From: Marsupella aquatica
Taxonomy: Eukaryota > Plantae > Marchantiophyta
DNA: 64,000 nucleotides
Reading direction: 5' to 3'
Assembly: GCA_973895155.1 (NCBI GenBank)
Contig: OZ316892.1
Coordinates: forward strand, 2,979,223-3,043,222
Below are positions 50,891 through 62,699 of this stretch, in pieces (positions within the stretch are counted from its first letter, which is position 1; each line of letters starts with the position of its first letter). The notes beneath the pieces were generated by a model. It ran no database searches. It saw only the letters and a program-made list of their open reading frames with translations, and was not told the origin of the DNA. The translations under genes and the position numbers were made by a program.

Positions 50891-53326
50891 GGAATTAGAT
50901 CTTCAGACTCATGGGCAACCTTAGTCATTCACACACAGACCCACACACGCTGGGTAGGTTGAACTAAAGCATCTACAGGTAGCTTTGTTCGGTGTACATT
51001 ATTCAGAAGCATTGAAGTTTGGTAGTTTTCACGATCGTCAGCGAAAGTACACCAATGGTTGATTGAATCGATTAAATTTTGTTATGGTCCTTGAATTCAC
51101 GAAAACTGGAGGCTCATCAACCATTTGGCCCAGACAGCTAAGACCTTCACCACCATCTACGTGCCCTTTTCAGCTGTAACTACAGTATGTAATTTGTAGC
51201 AAATGGATTCATGAACCTTCAATTCACGCCAATAATTCAGGCAAACAAGCGATCTAGGCTCATTGGTCACCAGTCTGGTCCTGGCTGGACCATCAAAACA
51301 TTCGTATTAAAACGTAGCATCACATGTGATTTAGCGATGAGACGTGACCCACAGAATTGCCCTTCAGAATGATCGGCTGCTATTATGCAAATTTTAACAG
51401 CTGACTGGGCTCACTGGAAATTTTCTTTTCCGGCCATTGCATGCATTGATTTCAAAGGAACTAGAGCCCCAGTGTTTGGATACCCGACGGCCGGCTTGAT
51501 TTTGCCAAGTAAACCTTGCATGGGGAATGGGCAATTTCTCTAGCCGGAAGATTACTTACAGCAGTTAGCAATCTGAATTAATCGACTTCAAGGCTATCAA
51601 CTTCGGTCGAGGTATTACGAGATTTGAGGATTGAGGCCCGGATTGAGGTTGAGACATTGGCCTGCTGAATCAAAAGTGTATCACTTCTCTCCTCTATTTC
51701 GCTCTACTTGTCAGTTTCTGTGGACTTGTTGCGCATCATGGATGTGCCAGAGCTCAAAGGAGATTTAACTGACAGTGCACAAATGATTTGGATATTGTAG
51801 AGTCAAAACAGCTTGTACGAAATTATCTCCTGGCTGAGTGAGTCATTTTGTCAAACTTTTCTTACTAGCACGTGCAATGACAGTAGACTAAGAGCTAAAC
51901 GAGCAACGTTTATCACATGATCGATTGATCTCTCGATTAGGGACTCTCAGAGTTGATGGACCTTAACTCTAGTTATGGGTTTGGGACACAAAATCTATTA
52001 ATTAGGGCATCTCAGAGAATTAGACCTCAACTCTGTACTTATGGGTTTGGGACACAAAAAGTTACACACTACCAAATTCATAGTAAGTCCAACTTTTTGC
52101 CATAAAAATTGGTTGTGTCCGGGTACCATTGGCCACTGCAGAGGCTAGTGAAAGATAAAATAAAATAAACCTCAGATACATATTAACCATGTGACAAAGT
52201 TATGGACATTCAGCCATCATCCTTAATTTTGAAGCTTTGAGGCACCCTATTGATTGTGAATAGTTTTGGTTTAAAACCACTAACTTTTTTTTATAATGTT
52301 CAAGATGGGATTTTAAAGACCCTAATGATCTTTCACATTTTTAAGTCTTTTGTTAGAACCCATAAAACCACCATATAATTTTTCATGTATGGGGTTCCAA
52401 CTTAAGATGGCTAGAATAAATAATTTGAAGAATCAGTTTTTCCTTAACATCAGAAGGCGAGAGGTTGAGACATTAGGGTAGGCAGAAGACAATCCTGTGT
52501 GGCAGTGAGATCTTCACATCATATTTTGGAAACACTTGTCTGGATTCATAGAGGTGGGAGTAAAGGCCATTGTTTCTTCAACGATTTCCTCAATAATAGC
52601 TCAGTAAATGTCTGGCAAATGTTGCAGTCAACCAACCAGTAAGTTTGCTGAGGCAGTTTGGGGTTTGGTAATTTCTTCTTGTTAGTCTTTTGTCCCTAGG
52701 GGTGGGTAGATGCAAAACCTTGGAGAATTTGGAGTGCTTAAATTCTAAGTTCTAATAAGAGGGTCATCCCAAGGTTGACCATCCACCTCCTTGGATAAGG
52801 ACTTAATTTATAAACTATTGAAGAATTGAGAGAAGCTAATTGTATGGGATCTCCATCCAAACTTAAGCTAATATGGGATCCCAACATCCATTGTGTCTGA
52901 CAAAAAACTGTGTCATTCTAAATGTGTGTCATCCAAGTGAAATGCATGTTTCCAAGCCCAGTTCACAAGTCATATCATAGGAGCAAAAAGTATCGTGGGC
53001 AGGATTCTTGGGAGATCATATCCAAGCCTATCTTGACTCCCAATATTAGAGGATAGGACGTGTCTTTCATACATGTATATCATACAAGGTTTATTTTTTA
53101 AGACCTATATCAGGTTAGATGGTTCACAAAGAAAGAGAAATGAAAGTACAAACATGAGTACAAAACAAAACAATGGAAAAAACAGAGGGAACCAAAGATA
53201 TAGAGGCATTAATCAAAGAACCAAACTTCACGGCAGCTTAATTACCTCTCCGCATTGCCAACATCTTGCTTCACTTTTGTAGATTACAAAAAGATTGGTT
53301 CATTAGACTGATAAAAGGAGAGCAGT

Positions 53327-53830
53327 TCACAATGTAAGGGTTCCTTTGATAGTTTTCTGAAGGTGTGGCCAAATTGTCATCAAGATCCACCTCTTGAGCG
53401 AGTCTGGCTGTTTCCGCCCCTTCATGTACAACCAAGCTCCACCATTGTTCACAACCCATCTCACCTCCCTCTGGTCATTCAGCCAAGGGAACCTCCATCC
53501 ACTCTCCATATATCTAGGTTCCCATGATGTGAAAGTCATTACATTGTTATGCTCATCTCTAACTGTGCAGAAGAATTTGGCCAGGTGGGCGGGAGTGAGG
53601 TCATCAAAAGGAAATGTGTAGTCCACCAGATCAGGATTGACATGCCTCTCCTTCATTATGTACACATGATCTTCAGACTCACAAAACACCTCAATTCCAG
53701 CCTCAAGATCTGTGGTAATCATCATTCGGTAACGGTCGTGACAATTCGCTGTGGGAATCACACTCACGGCTAAAGTAGCCACAATAATTGTTGTCATGAC
53801 CAAAGACACAGGAATTCTTTGGCTTCCCAT
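53327..53830 (-). CDS. Secreted S-protein homologue (SPH; plant self-incompatibility S1 family), intronless
   Basis: Hydrophobic signal peptide, then the SPH pattern ITTDL..IEVFCESED, YTFPFDD, KFFCTV, F..W and VRWVVNNGGAWL. Confidence 0.7.
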   Translation of the reverse strand: MGSQRIPVSLVMTTIIVATLAVSVIPTANCHDRYRMMITTDLEAGIEVFCESEDHVYIMKERHVNPDLVDYTFPFDDLTPAHLAKFFCTVRDEHNNVMTFTSWEPRYMESGWRFPWLNDQREVRWVVNNGGAWLYMKGRKQPDSLKRWILMTIWPHLQKTIKGTLTL

Positions 53831-55371
53831 AATTGTTGGTTTTAAGCTAGTAGCGGATTGAATGTTGCATGTTCTGATCCACCTTGTTGAACTGATGGCT
53901 TACTTTGGAGATCTTATCAAAGGCTGTATAAAGCAATAATGAGGGATCCAGTTGATGTACATAGGTGATCAAAAAGGCATGCCTGGATGGTTCCAGGAGA
54001 TGAAAGAACAGGTTAATTGGTTCAAAGCTTGTCTAAGCACCTTTGACCTGAAATTCTGGTTCACTCTGAATTATGTCATGCCAGGGGGATATTACCCAGA
54101 TAATTTGTTGGAAGCTATTTTGACCTGGTACAACAAGAATTATGGAGTGTCTACAAAGGACAGTACCATCAGAGACTATCATAGCTAAAACAGTGATTTC
54201 AATTGTGACTTAAAACAATCACATAGGGAGAAAGAAATATTTTACATACATCCAAGGAAAGTGCAGAATGCTCAAGATACAATCAAGCAAAACCAGCTAG
54301 TGCAAAAGGCATACAGTAGGAGAACATGGGACTTTATCATACACACCCAGGAGTTGTCAGAATGAGACTCAAGAAAAGCGCTAGCTTCCTAGTAACTATG
54401 CATCAAAATGTGGTAATATATGGTGTGCACTCGATGATTTAAATGGAATAATTAGGTTTATCATGGTATGGAGTGATGTTGTCCACCGTACATAGTCATA
54501 TTTTCATGTGCCATTACTGGGACGCAAACCAATAAAACCTAAAGCCGGGCCTTAAAGACTCCGCCCCTCAAAGAAGGAAAGAAATTCAAACCAGTTTATA
54601 TAATTACTGCCTATGATAGAGTTAGCATGATTGTCAGTTGTGTTTGCAGCTGAGCAGGACTTTGATTATTGTTGTGAATGAAGAAAATGTCAACTTAAAC
54701 GCGGCCCACGGCTAAAATGTTGTTGACCTGACCTTCAATCTGAACCTCTAGCCCACCTATGTAGAGATGGCATGCATGTCAATTATGAGGTCTCACTCTT
54801 ATTGCATATTGCAACAATAAATTATTGTTCATCAGGTCTGGATGAAACGTCACGATGACTGTGATACGTCATAGACATCAAAATTCAATGTCTATTCGTT
54901 TAACCATGATTTGTTGTTGGGCAAGTTAACCCTAATTTTGTTTCAGTCTGCCAAATTCTATGATTCCTAGCATACCAGGACAGATTCCAACTTTCACAAA
55001 AAATAGAGAGTGACAGACAATTCAGCTCATTAAAAACTCAAACCTCCGTTAACAGCAACAAAATATAATTATGCAGGAACAAAATTAAATTTCAAAGCAA
55101 ACCTCACTAAACTTACAGTCAAATTTCTGTTGACTTGTAAAATCTGTACCTCCTGACTAGACTCAAAGAAGACAATGTAAGTTCATGAAATCTATTGATC
55201 AGTATTTTGACACAAAAGTTGTATATTTTGCTGAATTCAGTCAGTGGTCAATGAGGTAGTCAACTGAAAATTTCAATGACCAACCAGAGAAAACAGCCAT
55301 GAGGTGGTAATTGACAAACCAGTGACAGCATAACAACAATGCACTTACTGATAGACTAGAGAAAGATCATC

Positions 55372-55592
55372 ATGGCAGTGGCAGAGTGGAAGTGGAAGTG
55401 AGGACTAATTTTGGGAATTGGAGGGTTCAGCACTGTGTATGTGGCAACAAAGGAGGACAAAGGTCTCCACTTTGGGGTGAAGGCTGTGGCAATGAAAGCT
55501 TGAATGTGATTATTTTGAGGTGAAGTCTTGAGAGGTGCAGCTCCAGAACGAGATCAAGTTGTTGGAAAACTTCAGTCCAAATACATTGTTAG
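55372..55592 (+). pseudogene. Ser/Thr protein kinase relic (MAP3K/MEKK-like subdomains I-IV)
   Basis: MAVAEWKWK*GLILGIGGFSTVYVAT..AVAMK, then with frameshifts EVQLQNEIKLL and KLQSKYIVR, followed by a GTTAGT donor-like site. Several in-frame stops; not in the ORF track. Confidence 0.75.
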
Positions 55593-55938
55593 GTTAGTTT
55601 TTGAAATTTCTTAATTTCCTATTTTAGGTAAGAGAGACCGGGTCATCTACTCTGTCCTTTACCTTAGTTTCCGATCTCACCCTCCATATTGCTCATGAGA
55701 TTACTCACTTTTACCCTAGCCTGGGGTACACTGTGCACCCATCATTCCTGCTCATGACTCTTTGGCCTACTTGAGTGCTTTGCATTCATTGAAGTTCATT
55801 TCAATAATTTTTTGGTCCTGGCTCTGTCTTTACAACAAAATGTGGCCCTCATGCTCTCATGCCCCCACTCCCCCCCCCCCCTCTCACACACACACAATTT
55901 CACACAATTGGAAATTCAGCCTACCCTTAGAGCATCTT

Positions 55939-56245
55939 TGTTGAACAATGAACCCCTCATAGATAACATGCACAGGTGAAAGATCGAACAAGCAAGTGAC
56001 CGTCTACACGAGAGTCTACACAAGAGATACATAGTTCACCTCTCTAGAGGTTGTGTCCATGGGAACACACAAACAAACTTGACTGCACTCTAGGCTGTAC
56101 CAAATCTCTATCGTGATATATCTCTCAAATAGCTCTGTAATAATTATGAGTCTCAGTTCAAGTCATAAACTCCTACAAACTAGTGCATATACTAAGTATC
56201 ATATCTAGCCTTCATCAAGTACCTGAGTACAGTTAGACTAACTAC
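55939..56245. mobile_element. Diverged, probably truncated solo-LTR remnant related to the copia LTRs
   Basis: Starts TGTTGA and shares gagtc.acac..gagatac...gttcacctc....gagg...gtcca.gggaacacac...actgcactctagg, atctctcaa.tagctc.gtaa and agttagactaact with 22496-22839. Confidence 0.75.
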
Positions 56246-57294
56246 AGTTATATAGGAACTCTAGACCCAAGAGTAAAGGCCAAACCATCTTCAACCCTTA
56301 GTGTGTAATTGACTAGATGTTGATTGAACCCACTAACCAAAATGTCCAATCCATTTAGTGCAAGCATACTGGATTTGTATTTGGAAGACAATAGACACTT
56401 CTGACTTTCTATTGGATTCTTTGCTAGGTTTTCAAGATTTAGGTCCATGATTTTGCATGGTAACAAGTAAACATGATTCATCCATTCCCACAATGTTGGG
56501 AAAGAAATTAAAAGGTTTCAATCGGGGTTTCAATTAGTAGGATGATGTAAAAATGATACTACAGTAACAAAAAAGTATGAACTTTCATGGAGATGCATTT
56601 TGGACACTTGAGGTACCTACAACAACTCATGACAAGCCCAAATTATGGGGCGCCATGCCCTAAGTATTAAGCATAAAAAATCAGAATACAAAGGAAGAGA
56701 TGTCATTTTTGTCACTGTAACTATATTAGTTACCTTTTGAGTGTTTTTAAATTGTTTACTATGTAATTATTTTGATAACTGTATCTAAAATAATGTAAGT
56801 AAGTAACAGCTTACACCTGATCCTCTCTCTTTCAATTAGAGAGATACCAACGAGAGATGATTGTGAACAGGGCCTAAAATGCTTCCTAGGTTGGGGATTC
56901 TTTGATTCAATTGTTCATTCTTCATTGATCAGGGTATTATATCAAAAAACTATTTTGCATAAATAAAAAATTTACCTCTTTGTTTCATTTCTCTCAGCCA
57001 AAACATTTAGTGATTTTTGGGCATTTCATTGACACCAGTACCCCCAACACATAGGCTAGCAGAAAACAAGTTTTCCTAGCATTTGGCCAGCATAAAGCTT
57101 ATAGATTGGAGTCGAATATTGCATCTCCCCCCAACATCCCCAAACGGCCAGCTTAATTTTCCTAACCACACATGTGAAACGTCAAGTTGCTGAGCTGGGC
57201 GCCAGATTTTTAAAAATTATTTATGGTTTTGACGAAGCTACTGTAGTAACTACGTTAACATGTGGTGATGGTCTCTAGTCCTGTCCCCAACGGC

Positions 57295-58650
57295 CCCTTT
57301 ACAAAGCCTGTCCTCGTGGCTTGCAGTAGACTACTTAAAATACTGGTGGCACACGCTCTTAATAGAATAATGTAAAAAGTCTGCCCAGTATGATTTTTCT
57401 CTGGATGCGCCGGTGATTACCCCAGTGCCCTTATCCCCCCCTGTACCTTTGCCATGACCGTGAAGGATTTAGTCCACACGAGTTTAAAACACTCTTATGT
57501 GATAAGGGTCTGGCATGACATTTTTAGAGGGTGGTCACGTGCAAATCATGAACCTAATTTATTTTTTCTACATTACGCAAAGGGCTATTATAAAGCCTGC
57601 CCACAATTCTCTGCCCGAGTGCCCTTACTATCCCTCTACCTTCGTGATGACCCTGATAAACCCCCAACTATTTGTTACACACGAGAGTATGACAGTCAGG
57701 GTCTGACATGACATTTTATAGGGTGGTGGCGTAGTCACGTGAAAAGACTGGACCCTAAGTCCTAACCCTATATTATTATTCCACACTATGTAAGAGATTC
57801 AGGTAGAAGGCTGATCTCGAGGCTCATTTGAGCACCCTTTGTCGGCGATCCTCTTAGACTGCTCCCTACAAGATCTAAACTGTGTGAGTGTTTTGCTTAG
57901 TGCCGAAAGTTGTGTCAGAATCCCACTTTTGGTGGAATTGTGTCAGCTCAGTTCAAGACAAGTTGATGGACTTTAATTCTCTTGTTATGGTTTATAGACA
58001 AAACAAACTATTGATTGCGTCCATAACTTTTTGTCATCAGTGTTGGTCTTATGTCATTAATATTAGTCAATGTAGAGGTTGGTAAAAAGAAAACACATTT
58101 TTTCTTACATAACCTTGTGAAAAACTTGAAAACTGTTTTTTAGGTAACCTTGTGAAAAAATTATGACTATTACTTTAGAGCATAATGTCACCATCACTAA
58201 TTTTGAAGCTTTGATTAGACCCTTGCACCTGGCCTTCCCAGCTTGACTGGTCTGCCACTGCCCCGCCCTATGATAGTTTGATAGAGGTTTGGGTTTTGTT
58301 CTGCATAATATTATTTCAGTATTAGGGTCAGACAATGGAGAATAACCTCACTGGGCAGTGGCTTCAAATTTCATGTTCACCTAGAATAATAGAAGGGATC
58401 ATTACAAAGCCTGCCAATTATTATATTTCCCTGGCTGTCCGGGTGCCCTTACTCTCCCTGTACCGTTGTGATAACCCTAATAAATCCTCAACTATTTCTT
58501 ATAGACAAGATAATGATAAGGCTCTGACATGACACTATTTAGGTGGTCACAGGCAAAAGCCGAGCCCCTAAATTATTGTTCCACTCTCATGAAAGGGTCT
58601 GACATGAGATTTACAGGGTGGTCAGTTGCAAAGCATAGACCCTAAAGCAT
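57295..58650. repeat. Clustered diverged repeats (about 170-200 nt; copies near 57380, 57590 and 58400)
   Basis: Recurring aaagcctgcc...gtgcccttactctccct.tacc...accct.ataaa.c..caactattt...gggtctg.catgacatttt..gggtggtc. Confidence 0.7.
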
Positions 58651-58984
58651 CCTTCTCAGGACCTGCGCTAGATATCAATAATTATTATTGAGGTATATAT
58701 ATGCTTGATGGCCCTACCAGTAAAAGGTTTACCTTCTGGACCCCCACAATTTATTTATTTTTCAAATTGGGCCCCTTCTTAATTATCCATAAAATATGTT
58801 AATGTATGCTGATTTTGGATACTATGACCAAAGTGCAGCTATAACTACAGGGTTTTGAACCACAAGTTGTGCTCGGTCAAACCGCAGGCATTGAGTGGGC
58901 AGGTCATCGTTATTCTGGAGTTGTTTTTGAGGTTTTCCCTCGAGAATGTAAATCTGGAAATATCAAAGGTGGTGCCATTATGAC

Positions 58985-59215
58985 AATGTGGGGCTTTTTG
59001 GAAGACAACATGGAGAATGCCGTCAGGTTGCACTTAGCATTTTCTCTTCACCTAGTGTACTTTGTGCTTGCTCATGCCATCAGGGTGGGGGTAAATAGCA
59101 AATAATGGTGCTTTTTGGAAGACAACATGGAAAATGTCTTCAGGTGACACTTTAACAATTGTATTCACCTAGAGTAATTTCTGCTCAGGCATGCCATTTG
59201 GTGAAGGTAAGTTAC
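58985..59215. repeat. Diverged ~117-nt tandem duplication
   Basis: gctttttggaagacaacatgga.aatg.c.tcagg...cact...ttcacctag.gta.ttt.tgct...catgccat occurs twice. Confidence 0.8.
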
Positions 59216-60039
59216 AAGCAAGGCAATATGGACATTGTCTTTAAGTCACACTTCACATTTGCTTTTGGCTAGTGTGTTTTTTGTTCATTCATGGCATTTA
59301 CTCCCCATGGCTCCTGACTGCATATGCAACAACATGGTAAACCATAGCACAGAAGTCTATGGCAATGTGGTAAGTTAGGGTAGGAAAACTGTGCAATTTC
59401 TTGGTTTAGAATAACTCACTTAATGGATCATCAAGAGGAGTTCTGTATATTTGTTGAAAACATTTTTTGGGGGTCTATCAGATAAACTTTTACTAGCACG
59501 GTGTCCAGGCAGATAAAGTTCTACAAGCAGGAGGTCCATCAAGCATATACCTCCAATTTTATTCCACAAAATATTATTCAATCTCTTTTGTTGCTAAAAA
59601 TATATATATTTTATATACTAAAGTTACTGTTTACATCAAAATGCTTAGACCTGGCAGTTACATCTCAAAATTCTTTGGATTTTTCACGAGCACTCTAAAA
59701 TGTTTGCAAGCGGGGATAATACTTTGGCATAGGGTGGTCAGATGCAAAGCCTATATCCTAAACTCTGAATTATCCTTCCACACTGCATAAAAAGGGTTTG
59801 ACATGACATTTTACAAAGTGGTAAGATGCAAAGCCAGGATGAAATTTGGGTGTTGTTAGATTCATAGGATGGCCAGATGCAAAGCCTCCATGAGAATTAA
59901 GTGAGATTAGATAGCCGTGTTGTTGGAGAAATTCTCCCTTGTGTGCTTGCACCCACTTATTGTCTATGGGCTGAAATCAAAATGTTAATGTTGGGGAACC
60001 AACCAACTACTGCAGTGACCACTTAGGCATTGAGCACAG

Positions 60040-60655
60040 TGACAATCTTAGATCCCTACGATGTCCTGCCCTTAAAAGTGCAATCTAAAAAGTAAGTAGC
60101 AAATCACCACAACGATTCTCAGAGAGGCATGACTTTGTGGTAGCTCACTTGAATGAGTAGAGACTGATAGGTCTTGGGTTCAACTATTGTGGTCTGACTC
60201 TTCCCAACTATTGTGGCTGACTCTTCCCTTTCTGTGGGGTTTCACAGATTTCCCGTAAAAATTTAAAGAAAAATTTTTAAAAAATCACCACAACGATTCT
60301 ACAATCTTAGATCCCTACAAGTGTCCTTCCCTTTAAGTAGCCATTTCAAATGTAAGTGGCAAATCACCACAATTAGCTCTTCTATCGATTTGGCAATCTA
60401 GATCCTGTCTTTTCTTTAAAAGTAGCCATCTCAGCACTAGATAGCAAAGTCAGCACAACCATCCGACAATCTTAAATCACTACAGTGTGTCCTGCCCTTA
60501 AAAGTAGCCACCTCAAAAGTAAGTAGCAAATTACATTCAAATCACCACCATTAGCTCTTCCATCACTTCGACAATCTTAGATCCCTACAAGTGTCCGTCC
60601 CTTCAAGTAGCCATGTCTACAGGAAGTACCAAATCACCACAATGCTCTTCCATTG
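60040..60655. repeat. Degenerate tandem array of ~70-100-nt units
   Basis: acaatcttagatccctac..gtcct.ccctt.aagtagcca...aagt.gcaaatcaccaca at about 60042, 60301, 60395, 60467 and 60571. Confidence 0.85.
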
Positions 60656-61327
60656 ATTCAATGGGCAAAGAAACACTTGTTAATATGGAGATGGTTCTGA
60701 TGATTTTGGGGGGGGATATGGCATATGCTCAGATGGGTTTTCACATTCCCCTTATCCCTAATTGAAAGCCTGTGCAAACCACACCCAAAATAGTGCAAAC
60801 ATCAGTAAACCTCCGTTCAAAAGTTTTGTATAAATTTTCACAAGGTCATGTAAAAGTTATTATTATTATTTTTGTCACATTATTATTATTATTTTTGTCA
60901 CAAGCCTCCAGAGTGAGTGATGGTAGCCTTTAGAGTGACCCATGGTCATACCATAAGACCAATCCTAATGGCAAAAAGTAATGTATTACAAATTTCATAG
61001 TAAGTACCTTTTTTATCCATAACCCATAACTAGGGAGTTAAAGTCGTCAACTTTGAGACTCCTTATTGTAAACATGTATTTCCGTGCTTACAATGCTTAC
61101 TTACTTTCCAAGAGAGTGTGTTTTCAGCTAGATCTTAAGTGAGGACTTAAGGGAAGGACCATCACGCTCACAAAACCTGATGAAGGAGTCCTCCGCATTC
61201 AATATCAACGAATCACCCATAATACCTTACTAGCCCCAAAACCCATGCCAATCACAGGAGGGGTTCCTGTGTACCCAGATTCCCTATGCTGGTCCCTAAT
61301 CCCAAACATAGTTTAGATATCAAAATC

Positions 61328-61754
61328 TTCTGTTCAGGTCAGACTAACTCTTCTCACAAGCATAGTACAAGCCCAGAAGTGAAGGCAGATTAACTCTTCT
61401 CACAAGCATGGTACAAGCCTTGTGTTCAGGTCAGACTAATTCTTCTCACAAGCTTAATACAAGCCGAGAAGTGAAGGCAGATTAACTCTTCTCACAAGCA
61501 TAGTACAAGCCTTCTGTTCAGGTCCGACTAATTCTTCTCACAAGCTTATTACAAGCCCAGAAGTGAAGGCGGAATAACTCTTCGCACAAGCATAGTACAA
61601 GCCTTCTGTTCAGGTCAGACTAATTCTTCTCACAAGCTTATTACAAGCCCAGAAGTGAAGGCAGATTAACTCTTCGAACAAGCATAGTACAAGCCTTCTG
61701 TTCAGGTCGGACTAACTCCTCTCACAGGCATAGTACAAGCCCAGAAGTGAAGGC
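61328..61754. repeat. Higher-order tandem repeat: 92-nt dimer of alternating 46-nt A and B monomers (about 4.6 dimers)
   Basis: A heads (ttctgttcaggtcagact) at 61328, 61420, 61512, 61604 and 61696; B heads (cagaagtgaaggcagatt) at 61374, 61466, 61558, 61650 and 61742. All but the last, truncated B head are followed by the shared 28-nt core aactcttctcacaagcatagtacaagcc. Confidence 0.95.
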
Positions 61755-62699
61755 CTACTATTTCATTCCAAAATCATTCACACCCATAGTCTAAGTATCA
61801 AAGTTTCTGTTAGAGCGAACTGACTTCTTTTCACAAGCATAGTACAAATATCAAAATTTTCTCGTCCGAGAAATTATGGCCTATGGGTTTTTGCTCTGCC
61901 GAATAGAAATTATGGCCTATCGCTCCACTCACCAGAGTAGGTCATGAAGGGGTAGACTTAGATCACGAATTATAGTATACATATGTGTTACCAGTAAAAC
62001 TAAGGCAACAACTGTAAGACAAACCTTTCACTGTCGACAATTTTGCTACCCAGCCAATGTCAAATCCCTTGTCAGATCCATACCCCCTGCTGCCTAAGAC
62101 CTGCTCATCCATTGGGCTTTCAAAGGTGGAAATGCAATTGCTCGCATGATGACGAGAAGGTCACAAAGCAAGTGCGATTCTGACATCAGCATTTGGTATT
62201 TGGTGAGCTATGGAGCTACCAAAGACTCCAGTGGCCGGCCTTCTCTGGTTTTTTGACATCCTCTTTGACAAGCGTTTGATGAGCTGACAGACCTTTTGTA
62301 GGGTGTCGACTGTTCAGTCGATGTGTTTCGGATGTTGCTGATACCTGAGGTCGTATCAATCAATCAATCCAGATTTTGTTGACGACTTGCGAGAAAACCT
62401 CAGCCTGCCTCCCAAGCCTAAGGTAGCGTTTCCACCCACACCTCCGGATCGAAAGTATCGGTTGTAATTTAAGATGAAACAGTCTACTTTCCGAAACAAC
62501 CCTTCGGCTCTGTTGGCCAAAGGTGTGGAGATCAAGAAAGAAACAGTAGTCATACTATGCCGATCTTGTAGAGAGATCTGCGAAGTAAGCACGCAGAAAT
62601 GCAGCTTGAAGAGCAGCACGCCCACTAACATCAAAACATATTGTTGTGGTGTACACAGTCTGACCTAGGTTGCAAGTAGTGATGGTGAGATTAATGGTT

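Noticed and set aside
55425-55437. 13-nt identity (gttcagcactgtg) between the hairpin arm at 48841 and the kinase relic, suggesting miRNA targeting
   Set aside because: The match does not extend to 20-21 nt, and a 13-mer match between a ~110-nt hairpin and a 64-kb window is plausible by chance.
61328-61754. CRISPR array (28-nt repeat with 18-nt spacers)
   Set aside because: Only two alternating spacer types rather than unique spacers, the spacers are too short, there are no cas genes and the context is eukaryotic. It is a higher-order tandem repeat.
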